Assembly (NCBI GenBank): GCA_963676795.2
Contig: CAXXTB010000002.1
Location: forward strand, 1,568,001 to 1,632,000
Direction: 5' to 3'
Origin: Geopsychrobacteraceae bacterium
Lineage (GTDB): Bacteria; Desulfobacterota; Desulfuromonadia; Desulfuromonadales; Geopsychrobacteraceae
Length of the DNA stretch: 64,000 nucleotides
The position numbers and the translations under genes were made by a program. Below the pieces are notes generated by a model that was given only the letters and a program-made list of their open reading frames with translations, was not told where the DNA came from and searched no databases. Of the stretch, positions 49,069 through 59,866 are shown in pieces (within the stretch, counting starts at the first letter, position 1; every line of letters starts with the position of its first letter).

Positions 49069-49560
49069 TCAGATGTGACCGAATTTCTTGAGCACTTCCT
49101 CTTTGACCAGTGGCGGGACGAACTTGCTGATATCGCCCTTGAGTCGTCCGACCTCCTTGACGATCGACGAACTTAAATAGGCGCACTCCGGTGAGGTCAT
49201 CATAAACAGGGTCTCTACCTGCTCGCAGACCGTGTGGTTCATCTGGGCCAGCTGGAATTCGAATTCGAAATCGGTCACGGCCCGCAAACCCCGAAGAATG
49301 ACTCTGGCTCCTTTGGAGATAACGTAATCGACGAGCAGGCCATCAAAGGTTTCGACGCTCAGGCGCGGGTCGTCTTTGGTCAGGCGCCTGATCATATCAA
49401 TCCGCTCATCAATGGAGAAAAGACTGCCTTTTTTTTCGCCGTTTGTCGCAACAGCAATAATAACGGAATCAAAAATCTCAAGCCCGCGGCGAACGATATC
49501 GAGATGGCCGTTGGTGAAAGGATCAAAAGAGCCCGGGTAAATAGCTGCGTGTCGTTTCAT
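49069..49560 (-). CDS. coaD: pantetheine-phosphate adenylyltransferase
   Basis: YPGSFDPFTNGH, RGLRAVTDFEFE and LSSSIVKE motifs. Confidence 0.97.
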   Translation of the reverse strand: MKRHAAIYPGSFDPFTNGHLDIVRRGLEIFDSVIIAVATNGEKKGSLFSIDERIDMIRRLTKDDPRLSVETFDGLLVDYVISKGARVILRGLRAVTDFEFEFQLAQMNHTVCEQVETLFMMTSPECAYLSSSIVKEVGRLKGDISKFVPPLVKEEVLKKFGHI

Positions 49561-49569
49561 TCTGGTTCC

Positions 49570-50124
49570 TTAAGCTTTGCCATACAGGCGGATACGGGTC
49601 TGGCCATAATTCCGATCATCCAGCAACGAAAATTCGCCCTGATAGTCAATTAATTCTTTACGGGAAGACTCGGCGCAGATTATTCCATTTTCTGCAAGCA
49701 GATTCAAGGTTTCGATCAGCCTCAAGACTTCCGGAATCAGATCTTTGTTGTAGGGGGGGTCGAGCAGAATCAGATCATAGGGGCCGGTTTCCACTGTTTT
49801 TGCCAGGCAGCTATAAACGTCTCCCTGTATGAAGCGGACCTGGTTCTCCATGCGACAACGGACAATGTTGTCCCGAATCACCCGGGCTGCATCGGGACCG
49901 TTGTCGATCAGGACCGCGCTCTCGGCGCCACGACTGAGCGCTTCAAGGGATTGGGCTCCACTGCCGGCAAACAGCTCAAGGACCCTGATGTTGCTGAAAC
50001 TCCCCAGACGACTGGTTAGGATGCTGAACAGAGCCTCTCGAACCCGATCCGGGGTCGGTCTGATATTTTTACCTTCGAACCCGGCAAGCTGTTTACCGCG
50101 AACTGTTCCACTGATAATACGCAT
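49570..50124 (-). CDS. rsmD: 16S rRNA m2G966 methyltransferase
   Basis: MRIISG..RG, RPTPDRVREALF, LFAGSG and DPPY motifs. Confidence 0.95.
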   Translation of the reverse strand: MRIISGTVRGKQLAGFEGKNIRPTPDRVREALFSILTSRLGSFSNIRVLELFAGSGAQSLEALSRGAESAVLIDNGPDAARVIRDNIVRCRMENQVRFIQGDVYSCLAKTVETGPYDLILLDPPYNKDLIPEVLRLIETLNLLAENGIICAESSRKELIDYQGEFSLLDDRNYGQTRIRLYGKA

Positions 50125-50267
50125 TAGTCCCTTCCTTTTATCCGTGTCGTTACTAAACCGACTGGGCAGGGGCTGGCAAGTAAAAACAGAAGAAAAACAG
50201 TCATGCGACATATTGTGACACACTGGCAGGTTATTTATGACTGTATTATAACGCAGACGGAGGAACT

Positions 50268-51401
50268 ATGCGGGAAACCAACCTGGCCCCCTATGCGGCC
50301 CACAGTTCGCAGAGTCGGGGCCGCCAGTATGAAGAACCCTACAAGGATGAGCGCCTTGCTTTTGAGCGTGATCGAGATCGTATTATTCATTGTGCCGCAT
50401 TTCGCCGCCTTGAATACAAAACCCAGGTATTTGTCAATCATGAGGGGGATTACTACCGCACACGTTTGACTCACTCTCTCGAGGTCGCCCAGATCGCCCG
50501 GGGTATCGCCAGGAACCTGCATCTCAACGAAGATCTGGTCGAGGCATTGTCTCTTTCTCATGATCTTGGCCATACGCCATTCGGTCATACCGGGGAGACG
50601 GTACTGAATCGCTTAATGGCCGATTTTGGTGGTTTTGAGCACAATCAGCAGTCTCTGCGTATCGTGGAAGTCCTGGAACAGCGCTATCCGGGCTTTGACG
50701 GTCTCAACCTGAGCTGGGAAACCCGTGAAGGAATCATCAAGCATTCATCCGACTACGACAGAGCGACCCATAGGGCGGTAGCTCCGTTTCACCCCGAATT
50801 GAGGCCGACCCTGGAGGCACAGATTATCGACCTTGCCGATGAGATCGCCTATAATAATCACGATATTGACGATGGTTTGAAGTCCGGCTATATAAAGCTC
50901 AAGGAACTCGAAGCGGTTGAGCTCTGGCAGAAAACCTTTAGTGCTGTCGGTCAGAAGTTTCCGGAACTTGACGAAAAACGTCACGTTCTGCAGACGATCA
51001 GTTTCCTGATCGGCACGCTGATCAAGGATCTTGTTGCGACAACCCAGGAGAATCTGAATCGGGAGCGCATAGGGTCTCTGGCTGATGTCAGAGTCCATGC
51101 CAGCAACCTGGTCAGCTTCAGTGCGGAGATGCGTGGCCTGAACAAACAGCTCAAGGCCTTTCTTTACAAACGGCTTTACCGCCATCACAAGGTTGAGCTG
51201 ATGCGGGTCAAAGCAGAGAGATTTCTGACCCTGCTGTTTGAGAATTACCTGAAAAACCCGTCACTGTTACCGGAACGGCAGCAGTCTCGGTTTGAAAACG
51301 TTGGAACCGAACGTGTCATTTGTGATTACATCGCCAGTATGACCGATCGCTTTGCTCAGGATGAGTACAAGCGGCTCTATGAACCTTTTGAACGTGCATG
51401 A
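50268..51401 (+). CDS. dgt: deoxyguanosinetriphosphate triphosphohydrolase (HD family)
   Basis: RDRDRI.H..AFRRL.YKTQV, RTRLTHSLEV and HDLGHTPFGH motifs. Confidence 0.94.
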   Translation: MRETNLAPYAAHSSQSRGRQYEEPYKDERLAFERDRDRIIHCAAFRRLEYKTQVFVNHEGDYYRTRLTHSLEVAQIARGIARNLHLNEDLVEALSLSHDLGHTPFGHTGETVLNRLMADFGGFEHNQQSLRIVEVLEQRYPGFDGLNLSWETREGIIKHSSDYDRATHRAVAPFHPELRPTLEAQIIDLADEIAYNNHDIDDGLKSGYIKLKELEAVELWQKTFSAVGQKFPELDEKRHVLQTISFLIGTLIKDLVATTQENLNRERIGSLADVRVHASNLVSFSAEMRGLNKQLKAFLYKRLYRHHKVELMRVKAERFLTLLFENYLKNPSLLPERQQSRFENVGTERVICDYIASMTDRFAQDEYKRLYEPFERA

Positions 51402-51522
51402 CGTCGCAAAAACTCATCAACTGCTGTGTTGCAGCAATGATATCGCAGCTTCGACGTACGTAAGTACGCCTCATTGCTCAATCATTACGCGCCTTGCATT
51501 TGCTGTTTTTTGCTTAGCCATC
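51397..51522. repeat. ~125-bp REP/MITE-like element overlapping dgt stop codon
   Basis: Imperfect terminal inverted repeats ATGACGTCGCAAAAA / TTTTTGCTTAGCCAT. Central hairpin GACGTAC-GTAA-GTACGCC. Confidence 0.55.
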
Positions 51523-51553
51523 CATTTTGATACAATTTGCGAAAGCATCATTT

Positions 51554-52045
51554 ATGTCTGAAAAAATATACCTGACCCCGGCCTGTGCTGAAAAATATCG
51601 CCAGGAAATCAAAACCCTGCTGTATGATGAGCGGCCCAAAATGGTCGAAACCGTCGCCTGGGCCGCCTCCAACGGCGATCGCTCAGAAAATGCCGATTAT
51701 CAGTACGGCAAGAGGCGCCTGCGCCAGATCGACGGCAGAATTCATCATCTGCAGAAAAAACTCGAAAAGGCGGATGTTGTCGATCCGGTTCAGCAGGGGG
51801 CAATTGCCAAGGGGCGGATTCTGTTCGGTTGTAGCGTAACCGTTGAAAATGAAGATGGCGAGGAGCGGCGCTTTTCGATTGTCGGGGCTGATGAAATCGA
51901 TCTGGAGCGGGGGCATATCAGTTGGACATCGCCCATCGGGCGTGCCTTACTCGGACACCGGGAAGGGGATCTGGTCAGTGTTAATACGCCCGGCGGTCTG
52001 GAAGAGTATGAGGTGATCGAGGTCGCTTACCTGCCGCTTGATTGA
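51554..52045 (+). CDS. greB: transcription elongation factor GreB
   Basis: WAASNGDRSENADYQYGKRRLRQID and ISW.SPI.RAL motifs. Confidence 0.95.
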   Translation: MSEKIYLTPACAEKYRQEIKTLLYDERPKMVETVAWAASNGDRSENADYQYGKRRLRQIDGRIHHLQKKLEKADVVDPVQQGAIAKGRILFGCSVTVENEDGEERRFSIVGADEIDLERGHISWTSPIGRALLGHREGDLVSVNTPGGLEEYEVIEVAYLPLD

Positions 52046-52047
52046 CC

Positions 52048-52689
52048 TCAGTAGCCTTTTTTGTGATGTTGCCCCTTTTTGAGAGTGTAACCGGACGCTT
52101 TGACCCATGTCTTCATCGCCGTCAGCTCTGCATAGGTCAGATTCGGCCTGAGGATCTCGCTCGCTTGTTGGCGGTAGGTTCTGATTTCGGCAAATAGATG
52201 ACTGAGCAACTGGAGTTCCCGCTGAGCCCGATGATCGTCGACCATCGGCTGCATCTCCTCAAGCATCCTGAACACAGTTTTGACCTGTCCCCCCAACAGG
52301 GTTCCCAGGGTGACGACCGATCCGCAAGCAACGGCTGCGATCAGAGCGCCGGCCAGCGGCTGGTGCATGCCGTAGACGAGAAAACAGTAACTGGCCAGCA
52401 TCATAATACCCGTGACGATGACAAGCAGCGGAATTTTAAAACGCTTCGAGGATGGGTCCTGTCTGGCGGCCAGCAGCAGAGCAACGACGATACTGCTGAC
52501 AGCGACTCCCAGAACTCCCCGCCCGGAAAGTAGACCGAAAAAATAAAGGGCGCAAAAGACGACCAGATGCAGGCAATCGGACAGCCCTGCATACTTGAGA
52601 AGAGCTCGGCGTTTAGCAAGCAGTTCGGACTTGATTTGCCTGAGCTGAGCCGCCGTTGGCGGCTCGTTGAGAATATTGAACTGGAACAT
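52048..52689 (-). CDS. hypothetical membrane protein (4 TM)
   Basis: Four hydrophobic segments. No family recognised. Confidence 0.7.
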   Translation of the reverse strand: MFQFNILNEPPTAAQLRQIKSELLAKRRALLKYAGLSDCLHLVVFCALYFFGLLSGRGVLGVAVSSIVVALLLAARQDPSSKRFKIPLLVIVTGIMMLASYCFLVYGMHQPLAGALIAAVACGSVVTLGTLLGGQVKTVFRMLEEMQPMVDDHRAQRELQLLSHLFAEIRTYRQQASEILRPNLTYAELTAMKTWVKASGYTLKKGQHHKKGY

Positions 52690-52709
52690 GCTGCGACTGG
52701 ACTCTGCTA

Positions 52710-53003
52710 TTATTTCGGTAAAACGATCTTCTGTTCTTCGCTGGGACGATAAAGTAAAATGATGCGTCCCAGAATCTGGGCAATATCGGCCTGAGTCGCT
52801 TCCGCAAGTTCAGCAGCAACATCTTTACGATCCGAGATGCAACCTTCCTGAATCCTGACCTTGATCAATTCATGGGCTGTCAACGCTTCGTCAGTCGCCG
52901 CAACGACGGCTTCATTGATTTCTTCTTTGCCGATCATGACGACCGGTTGCAGATGATGGCCCAAACCACGCAGGTAACGAACCTGCTTTCCAGTTAATGA
53001 CAT
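52710..53003 (-). CDS. yhbY: ribosome assembly RNA-binding protein YhbY (CRM domain)
   Basis: MSLTGKQ.RYLRGL.HHL.PVV.IGK and HELIKV motifs. Confidence 0.94.
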   Translation of the reverse strand: MSLTGKQVRYLRGLGHHLQPVVMIGKEEINEAVVAATDEALTAHELIKVRIQEGCISDRKDVAAELAEATQADIAQILGRIILLYRPSEEQKIVLPK

Positions 53004-53020
53004 ACGTACTCCGTAAGTTG

Positions 53021-53344
53021 TTATAGAAACAAACCGGCAAGCCAGTAGAGAAACATTCCGAGAATGACTGTCCCGCCGAGACTTCTTGTTTTCAGCGCAA
53101 ACAGCAGCGTCGGTATAGCAACCAGCAGCTCTGTCTTGCCGAATGAAAATGTTCTGTGAACCGTATCTGCAAAGAGAATCGGCGCAAGCAGCGCGCTTAA
53201 GATGGCAACCGGAATGAGACTCAACCAGTCGATCAGCCATTGAGGCAGCTTTTTGTGAGCCAGATAGGTCAGGGGAACCGCGCGAGGAAGGTATGTTACC
53301 AGTCCCATGCCAATAAATAAATAGAGGTAATCAGCAAATTTCAT
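53021..53344 (-). CDS. azlD: AzlD-family exporter subunit
   Basis: GMGLVTYLPR.VP and IPVAILSALL motifs. Confidence 0.85.
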   Translation of the reverse strand: MKFADYLYLFIGMGLVTYLPRAVPLTYLAHKKLPQWLIDWLSLIPVAILSALLAPILFADTVHRTFSFGKTELLVAIPTLLFALKTRSLGGTVILGMFLYWLAGLFL

Positions 53345-54041
53345 CTTTTTTACTGTTCCTCCTCTTGATCAGGTAGCCGATTGTCGCACTTGTGACCGAT
53401 GCCACAATGATATAGGAGTTGCCGGGGACCAGCAGATACCAGACAACGGAAACAATCAGGGCGGTGATTGCGGTGATAACGTAAATCGAACCATTGAGCT
53501 GAAAGACCAGCAGGCAGATAAACATGCCGATCAGAGCGTAATCGATGCCGAAGGCGCCCTGGGGGATGAACTGGCCAACAAGAACACCGACGATAGTTGA
53601 AACAAGCCAGACCAGATTGGCCAAGTGATTGACGACAAGGGCACGACATCGGTCCCACTGCCCACTGCGAAAGCGGGTCATATTGACGGCAAAGCTTTCG
53701 TCAGTCAGTCCGTATGAAAAAAGCAGCAGAAAGCTTCTTTTTACGCCGCTCAGATAAACGGCCATGGCAGAACTCATCAGCAGGTGACGCAGGTTGACCA
53801 TGAAGGTGGTCAGTATAATAGCTGACGGCGATGCTGCAGCTGCCAGCATGGCGACACAGATGAATTGTGCGCTGCCGGCAAAGACCAGCAGGGACATCAT
53901 GCCTACAGCCCACCAGGGCAGACCGGCCTGTTGAGCAAGAACCCCGAGAGCCAACCCAACGGGAATATAGCCCAGGCAGATTGGCCAGGCGGCAAGTGAA
54001 CCCTGCCTGATGATCTTATGCACTCGAAGGTTTCCATTCAT
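53331..54041 (-). CDS. azlC: AzlC-family exporter subunit
   Basis: PICLGY.P.G, VFAGSAQF, VNLRH and LTDESFA motifs. Start uncertain. Confidence 0.88.
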   Translation of the reverse strand: MNGNLRVHKIIRQGSLAAWPICLGYIPVGLALGVLAQQAGLPWWAVGMMSLLVFAGSAQFICVAMLAAAASPSAIILTTFMVNLRHLLMSSAMAVYLSGVKRSFLLLFSYGLTDESFAVNMTRFRSGQWDRCRALVVNHLANLVWLVSTIVGVLVGQFIPQGAFGIDYALIGMFICLLVFQLNGSIYVITAITALIVSVVWYLLVPGNSYIIVASVTSATIGYLIKRRNSKKDEIC

Positions 54042-54106
54042 AGGCGCAAGAATAAACCTTACAAAAAGAAAGACAAGGTGCAATTGAAGCAGAAAGGTAC
54101 GGACAC

Positions 54107-54145
54107 AAAAAAACAGCAGGGTTCCATTGGATACCCCTGCTGTTT
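54107..54145 (-). terminator. Rho-independent terminator of ABC operon
   Basis: AAACAGCAGGG...CCCTGCTGTTT with a poly-U tail on the minus strand. Confidence 0.75.
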
Positions 54146-54167
54146 ATGAACCAATTATAAGTTGATA

Positions 54168-54902
54168 TTAAAGCACTTGCTTAAGGAATGCCTTGGCTCT
54201 TTCTTCTTTTGGCTCGGTAAAAAAGTGCTCAGGGGTTCCTTCTTCGACCAGCTTGCCCTGATCCATGAACAGGACGCGGTCAGCAACCTCCCGGGCAAAG
54301 CCCATTTCGTGGGTGACCACAACCATGGTCATTCCCTCACGGGCCAGTTGTTTCATAACCTCAAGAACCTCGCCAACCATCTCAGGGTCGAGTGCGCTGG
54401 TCGGCTCGTCGAAAAGCATGACCTTGGGGTCCATAGCCAGGGCCCTGGCTATGGCAACACGTTGCTGCTGGCCACCCGACAGACGGTTTGGATATTCCTT
54501 TTCCTTTTCGGCAATGCCGACCTTCTTCAAAAGTTCTCGTCCCTTGGCTTCAGCCTCGCTGCGGCTGCGTTTGCGGACGACCTGCTGGGCGAGAACCAGG
54601 TTTTCCAGTACGGTCTTATGCGGGAACAGGTTGAACTGCTGAAAGACCATGCCGACTTCGCGACGCACCTTGTTGAGATCGGTCGTTTTAGCGGCCAGAT
54701 CGACTCCGTCGACATAGATATGTCCGGAGCTGAGTGTTTCAAGGCCGTTCAGGCAGCGCAGGTAGGTCGATTTGCCCGATCCTGAAGGTCCGATAATGAC
54801 AACGACTTCGCCAGTCTGGATGTGCGCTGTAATACCGTCGACTGCATAGACGGTCTGCCCGCGGCCTACGAAACTTTTCTTTAAATCAACTGTCTTAATC
54901 AC
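54168..54902 (-). CDS. polar amino-acid ABC transporter ATPase (GlnQ-like)
   Basis: [24 protein letters not shown] and [11 protein letters not shown] motifs. Confidence 0.95.
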   Translation of the reverse strand: MIKTVDLKKSFVGRGQTVYAVDGITAHIQTGEVVVIIGPSGSGKSTYLRCLNGLETLSSGHIYVDGVDLAAKTTDLNKVRREVGMVFQQFNLFPHKTVLENLVLAQQVVRKRSRSEAEAKGRELLKKVGIAEKEKEYPNRLSGGQQQRVAIARALAMDPKVMLFDEPTSALDPEMVGEVLEVMKQLAREGMTMVVVTHEMGFAREVADRVLFMDQGKLVEEGTPEHFFTEPKEERAKAFLKQVL

Positions 54903-55887
54903 TGACGGCGAGCCTCCGTTCAACCCATGCAATAACCTGCGACAGGGAAAGGGTCATTATGAGATAGAGCAATGCAACGACAAACCAGATCTCAAAGGTG
55001 GCGAATGTCGAGGTAATGACTTCCCGTCCGCTCTTTGACAGTTCAGTAATGGCGATGATCGAAAGCAATGAGGAATCCTTGATCAGGCTGATAAACTGTC
55101 CGGCCAGAGGCGGCAGGGTGCGCTTGAAGGCCTGCGGAAGAATGATGTAAATCATCGCCTGCGCCGAGTTCATGCCCAGCGAGCGAGCCGCTTCCATCTG
55201 ACCACGGGGGATCGACTGAATACCGGCGCGGATGATCTCCGCGACGTAGGCTCCGGCAAAGACCGACAAGGCCGCAACACCCGCAACCAGACGGTCGATA
55301 TTGAAAACGGTGCCGATGAAGAAGTAAGCGATGAAAATCTGAACGAGCAGAGGCGTGCCACGAATGATTTCGATATAGATGATCGACAGGCTGCGCAGGG
55401 TCGGATTTTTAGCAATCCGGCACAGGCCGGTGATCAGGCCGATGAGAATGCCAAAGACGCTGGATACGGCAGAGATCCAGAGCGTTGTCCAGAGGCCTTT
55501 CAGGAGCGGGCCTGCCATCCAGCTGAAGCTTGAACCGACACGGTCACCGGCAAACAAGTCTTCACCCTCATCGACATTCAGATGTTCCGTGTCTACGGTA
55601 AACATACTGGTTTCATCGAACTCGTTGACGTAGGTGACAACAGATTTTTTACCCGAGGTCGCAATCGACTCGACCCGTCCATCTGCAGCAACCCTGTGTT
55701 CAACTTCATGATGATAGATAAAGTACTGGGGCACCCGGTTCCAGTTCCAGGTGTAATCGATCTTTTTCGTAGCCACATAGAGCCCGGCGCCCAGCGCGAC
55801 CAGGATGACCAGAGTCAGCAGCTGCCAACTCATATTTTTCGAATTATTATTCACCTTCTCTAGGTCCTGACTTTGAGGGGGATTCAA
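54895..55887 (-). CDS. polar amino-acid ABC transporter permease
   Basis: [26 protein letters not shown] and IKDSSL motifs. Confidence 0.94.
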   Translation of the reverse strand: MNPPQSQDLEKVNNNSKNMSWQLLTLVILVALGAGLYVATKKIDYTWNWNRVPQYFIYHHEVEHRVAADGRVESIATSGKKSVVTYVNEFDETSMFTVDTEHLNVDEGEDLFAGDRVGSSFSWMAGPLLKGLWTTLWISAVSSVFGILIGLITGLCRIAKNPTLRSLSIIYIEIIRGTPLLVQIFIAYFFIGTVFNIDRLVAGVAALSVFAGAYVAEIIRAGIQSIPRGQMEAARSLGMNSAQAMIYIILPQAFKRTLPPLAGQFISLIKDSSLLSIIAITELSKSGREVITSTFATFEIWFVVALLYLIMTLSLSQVIAWVERRLAVSD

Positions 55888-55890
55888 AAC

Positions 55891-55922
55891 GATGGGGAAA
55901 CGGCCATGGCCATCTCCCCATC
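55891..55922 (-). terminator. intercistronic stem-loop after binding-protein gene
   Basis: GATGGGGA...TCCCCATC inverted repeat. Confidence 0.5.
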
Positions 55923-55948
55923 TTCTTTCCTGTGCTCGCGGCCCTGGA

Positions 55949-56752
55949 TTATTCCTGGATCTGCTTTAGCCAGGCGTCACTCTTGAACCATTTTTCATAG
56001 ATTTTGTCGTAGGTGCCATCGCTCTTGATCTGGCTCATAAAGTTGTTGAGCCAGTTCAGATAATCAGGATTGCCTTTGCGCACCGCCCAGGCCAGTGGCT
56101 CGTAAGTGAAAGGCTGATCGAGAAAAACCAGTTTGCCGTTATTTTTCTCGGCATTGGCGATGGCCATGTAGGGCAGGTCGTAGACAAAGGCGTCGATCTT
56201 GCCGTTGACCAGATCCATGACACCTTCCTGCTCGGTTTCAAAGGAGATATAGCTTGCTTTCGGGATCATGCGTTTGGTGGCCTGCTCGCCAGTGGTTCCC
56301 AGCTTGGACGCAACCTTGTACTTTGGATCGTTGAGGTCGCGATAGGTCTTGACCTCGTTGGCATATTCTTTTTTGACCAGGATGCTCTGGCCGACAACGA
56401 TATATGGGCTGGCAAAGGCAACCTTCAGATTACGTTCCTGGGTCAGGGTCATGCCGCTCATGATGATGTCGTACTTGTCGGTAATCAGCCCCGGGATGAT
56501 GCCATCCCATGCAGTACTGACCAGTTCCAGTTTGACGCCCATGGCTTTAGCCATGCGCTTGGCGATGTCAACGTCAAAGCCGATGATTTCACCTTTCTGA
56601 TTGGTCATTTCAAACGGCATATAGCCTGGTTCCATTCCGACCCGCAGGGTGCCGCGCGCGACGATGTCGTCAAGGGCGTCAGCCGAAGCAAAACTCGGCA
56701 ATAACAGGGTCGCAGCGAAAAGACATAACAACACAAATTTAAACTTTCTCAT
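55949..56752 (-). CDS. polar amino-acid ABC substrate-binding protein (family 3)
   Basis: Signal peptide plus Y.PFE, GFDVD, WDGIIP.L and SGMT.T.ER motifs. Confidence 0.94.
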   Translation of the reverse strand: MRKFKFVLLCLFAATLLLPSFASADALDDIVARGTLRVGMEPGYMPFEMTNQKGEIIGFDVDIAKRMAKAMGVKLELVSTAWDGIIPGLITDKYDIIMSGMTLTQERNLKVAFASPYIVVGQSILVKKEYANEVKTYRDLNDPKYKVASKLGTTGEQATKRMIPKASYISFETEQEGVMDLVNGKIDAFVYDLPYMAIANAEKNNGKLVFLDQPFTYEPLAWAVRKGNPDYLNWLNNFMSQIKSDGTYDKIYEKWFKSDAWLKQIQE

Positions 56753-56805
56753 CCTCAACCTCCTCAGGTTTCTGTGTGGGCCTGCTTGGTGTGCAGATTT
56801 CGGGT

Positions 56806-56970
56806 TCAATAGGATTTTCCTTCATCTAACAGTTCGGAAATTGACATGCGTATATTGCATTTGGGACATAACGGCAGATCTTCAACGGGAAGATAGATGA
56901 TCTCTGTATAGCGGCAACGCGGACAGATGACTTCGACGGGTTCTTTTCTGGAACGATCGTGATTTTCCAT
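56806..56970 (-). CDS. small zinc-ribbon protein (54 aa)
   Basis: CPRC-x15-CPKC, with a GGAG RBS upstream of 56970. Confidence 0.7.
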   Translation of the reverse strand: MENHDRSRKEPVEVICPRCRYTEIIYLPVEDLPLCPKCNIRMSISELLDEGKSY

Positions 56971-57170
56971 GAAATACGCCATCTCCTTCATACAAAACAA
57001 ACATTTATAATACAATCTCTTGCTTATAGCATAAGGTTGTAGCTGCCTCAAGTGCAGAGATAGGACGTTTTTACAGGTGCCCACTTCCATAATATATCTT
57101 TACTTTCCAGGATTCTAAAGCTTAATATTGGCGGTTAATTATCTGGAAAACCACTTGAGCACGGATCTAC

Positions 57171-58970
57171 ATGAAACGCGAAAATATAAGAAATTTCTCG
57201 ATTATTGCCCACATAGACCACGGTAAATCAACCCTGGCCGACCGTCTTCTTGAAGCGACCGGTGCTTTAAGTGATCGCGAAAAGACCGATCAGTTCCTCG
57301 ATAAGATGGAGCTTGAAAAAGAGCGCGGCATTACCATCAAGGCCCAGGCCGTACGCCTGAACTACAAAGCGAAGGACGGTCAGGATTACATCCTGAATCT
57401 CATTGACACCCCGGGGCATGTCGACTTTTCGTATGAAGTCAGTCGCTCGCTGTCGGCCTGCGAGGGTGCTATGCTGGTTGTTGATGCCGCCCAGGGGGTT
57501 GAGGCCCAGACTCTGGCCAACGTCTATATGGCCCTGGATCAGGATCTGGAGATCTTTCCGGTTCTGAACAAGATCGACCTGCCTAGCGCCGAACCTGAAC
57601 GCGTCAAAGAAGAGATCGAGGAGATTATCGGCCTTGATGCCGGCGATGCGATCCTGGCCAGCGCCAAGGCTGGTATCGGCATCAACGATATCCTGGAAAC
57701 CATCGTCGCCAAGATTCCCGCGCCGAAGGGGGACGCCTCCGCTCCGCTGAAAGCCCTGACCTTCGATTCCTGGTATGACTCCTACCAGGGGGTCATTATC
57801 CTGGTCCGTATCGTTGACGGTTGCGTCAAAAAAGGGGACAAGATCAAGCTGATGGCGACCGGTGGGGTCTATGAAGTTCAGAAGGTCGGCGCCTATTCTC
57901 CCCATCCGGTGGAGTTGCCGGAACTGAGTGCCGGAGAGGTCGGTTTTATCATTGCCGGTATCAAGGTCGTTGAGGATGCCAAGGTCGGTGATACCATCAC
58001 CCTGCTGCACAATCCTGCCGCGAAGGCACTTCCTGGCTACCAGGAAGTCAAGCCGATGGTCTTTTCCGGGCTCTATCCGATTGATTCGGCCGATTACGAC
58101 GCCCTGCGCGATGCTCTGGAAAAACTGCGCCTCAATGATGCAGCTTTCTCCTTTGAACCGGAGAATTCGCTGGCCCTGGGTTTTGGTTTCCGTTGCGGCT
58201 TCCTTGGTCTTTTGCATATGGAGATCATTCAGGAACGCCTCGAGCGCGAGTTCAACATTGAACTGATCACCACGGCACCAACGGTTGTCTATCATGTGAC
58301 GACAACCAAGGGCGCACTGCTCAAAGTTGAGAGCGCCAACATGCTACCTGATGCGCAACTTATTGAAAAAATTGAAGAACCTTTCGTTTTGGCCTCGATT
58401 CACGTACCGAACGAATTCGTCGGCGCTGTCCTGAGTCTGTGTATCGAAAAACGTGGCTTGCAGCGGGAGATCAAATACCTGACCGCGCAGCGGGTCATGG
58501 TTCTCTACGAGTTGCCGCTCAATGAAATCGTTCTCGACTTCTTTGACCGGCTCAAGTCGATCACCCGCGGCTATGCCTCCTTTGATTATGAGCACCTCGA
58601 TTTCAGGATCAGCAAGCTGGTGCGCCTCAATGTTCTGATCAATGGGGATGTCGTCGACGCGCTGTCGCTGATCGTTCATCAGGATAAAGCTCAGTTCCGT
58701 GGTCGCGAGCTGGTCGAAAAGATGAAGGAATTCATTCCGCGCCAGCAGTACGAGGTGGCTATTCAGGCCGCTATCGGCAACAAGGTCATCGCCCGTTCGA
58801 CCGTCAAGGCCTTAAGAAAAGACGTTACCGCGAAGTGTTATGGTGGTGATATTACCCGTAAACGCAAGCTTCTTGAAAAGCAGAAGGCAGGTAAGAAACG
58901 GATGAAGCAGATTGGTAGCGTTGAGCTGCCTCAGGAAGCTTTTCTTGCAATCCTTAAAGTCAAAGAGTAG
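57171..58970 (+). CDS. lepA: translation elongation factor 4
   Basis: [24 protein letters not shown] and [13 protein letters not shown] motifs. Confidence 0.99.
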   Translation: MKRENIRNFSIIAHIDHGKSTLADRLLEATGALSDREKTDQFLDKMELEKERGITIKAQAVRLNYKAKDGQDYILNLIDTPGHVDFSYEVSRSLSACEGAMLVVDAAQGVEAQTLANVYMALDQDLEIFPVLNKIDLPSAEPERVKEEIEEIIGLDAGDAILASAKAGIGINDILETIVAKIPAPKGDASAPLKALTFDSWYDSYQGVIILVRIVDGCVKKGDKIKLMATGGVYEVQKVGAYSPHPVELPELSAGEVGFIIAGIKVVEDAKVGDTITLLHNPAAKALPGYQEVKPMVFSGLYPIDSADYDALRDALEKLRLNDAAFSFEPENSLALGFGFRCGFLGLLHMEIIQERLEREFNIELITTAPTVVYHVTTTKGALLKVESANMLPDAQLIEKIEEPFVLASIHVPNEFVGAVLSLCIEKRGLQREIKYLTAQRVMVLYELPLNEIVLDFFDRLKSITRGYASFDYEHLDFRISKLVRLNVLINGDVVDALSLIVHQDKAQFRGRELVEKMKEFIPRQQYEVAIQAAIGNKVIARSTVKALRKDVTAKCYGGDITRKRKLLEKQKAGKKRMKQIGSVELPQEAFLAILKVKE

Positions 58971-58974
58971 ACAA

Positions 58975-59652
58975 ATGCCGTTATTTAAGAAGAAATCTAC
59001 GCTGCTGGAGGGAAAAGCCATCAAAAAGGCCTGGTATCGCGAATGGTCTGAGGCACTGATCGTCGCTGTCGTTCTGGCGCTGATTATCAGGACCTTCCTG
59101 CTGCAGGCGTTCAAGATCCCTTCAGGGTCGATGCTCGACACTCTGCTGATCGGTGACCATCTGCTCGTCAACAAGTTCATCTATGGCACCAAGCTCCCTT
59201 TTGTAGATGGGCGTTTTCTGACCATCAGCACCCCGCAACGCGGAGATGTGATTGTTTTTGAATTTCCCGAAGACGCAGACAAGTCGTTCTTCAAGCGACG
59301 TGACTTCATCAAGCGTGTTGTCGGCGTTCCGGGCGATGTTGTTGAAATCAAGGCGAAACAGGTCTATATCAACGGCAAGCCGTTCAGTTTCCCGCAGGAG
59401 GTCCATAAGGATAGCGACATGATTCCTTCGGTCGCCAGCCCAAGGGATTTCATGGGGCCGGTCAGGGTCCCGGAAAACAACTATTTTGTCATGGGTGATA
59501 ATCGCGACTATTCCTACGACAGCCGCTTCTGGGGCTTTGTCAATTATTCGAAAATCAAGGGCAAGGCTTTGATCAAATACTGGTCCTGGGATTCAGAAGC
59601 AGACCTGTTGCACAAGATTCGCTTTGGCAGGATAGGGCGGCTGATAAAATAG
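58975..59652 (+). CDS. lepB: signal peptidase I
   Basis: IPSGSM..TL.IGD, IKR..G.PGD and GDNRD.S.DSRFWG motifs. Confidence 0.97.
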   Translation: MPLFKKKSTLLEGKAIKKAWYREWSEALIVAVVLALIIRTFLLQAFKIPSGSMLDTLLIGDHLLVNKFIYGTKLPFVDGRFLTISTPQRGDVIVFEFPEDADKSFFKRRDFIKRVVGVPGDVVEIKAKQVYINGKPFSFPQEVHKDSDMIPSVASPRDFMGPVRVPENNYFVMGDNRDYSYDSRFWGFVNYSKIKGKALIKYWSWDSEADLLHKIRFGRIGRLIK

Positions 59653-59673
59653 TCGGAATTAATGATTCTGGCA

Positions 59674-59702
59674 TTGACTAAACTGGCGGAGATTGTTAAC
59701 TT
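59674..59702 (+). promoter_or_regulatory. putative sigma70 promoter of pyr operon
   Basis: TTGACT-N17-TAACTT with an extended -10 TG. Confidence 0.55.
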
Positions 59703-59731
59703 CTCAGAAATTTTGTCCGCGTCAATTTTAA

Positions 59732-59838
59732 CCCTTTAAACTGATCCGAGAGATCAGCAAGGGAGAGAAACTGTGCATCAATATAGCTGCCCCTATGAAT
59801 CAGAACACCCATGCCATTTACTGCATGGGTGTTTTTTT
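59732..59838 (+). promoter_or_regulatory. PyrR-binding leader and attenuator terminator
   Basis: CCCTTTAAA-CTGATC-CGAGA-GATCAG-CAAGGG binding-loop-like hairpin, then the terminator AACACCCATGC...GCATGGGTGTTTTTTT directly upstream of pyrR. Confidence 0.85.
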
Positions 59839-59866
59839 GTAACGAAACCTCAGTCCGGAGGTCCAT

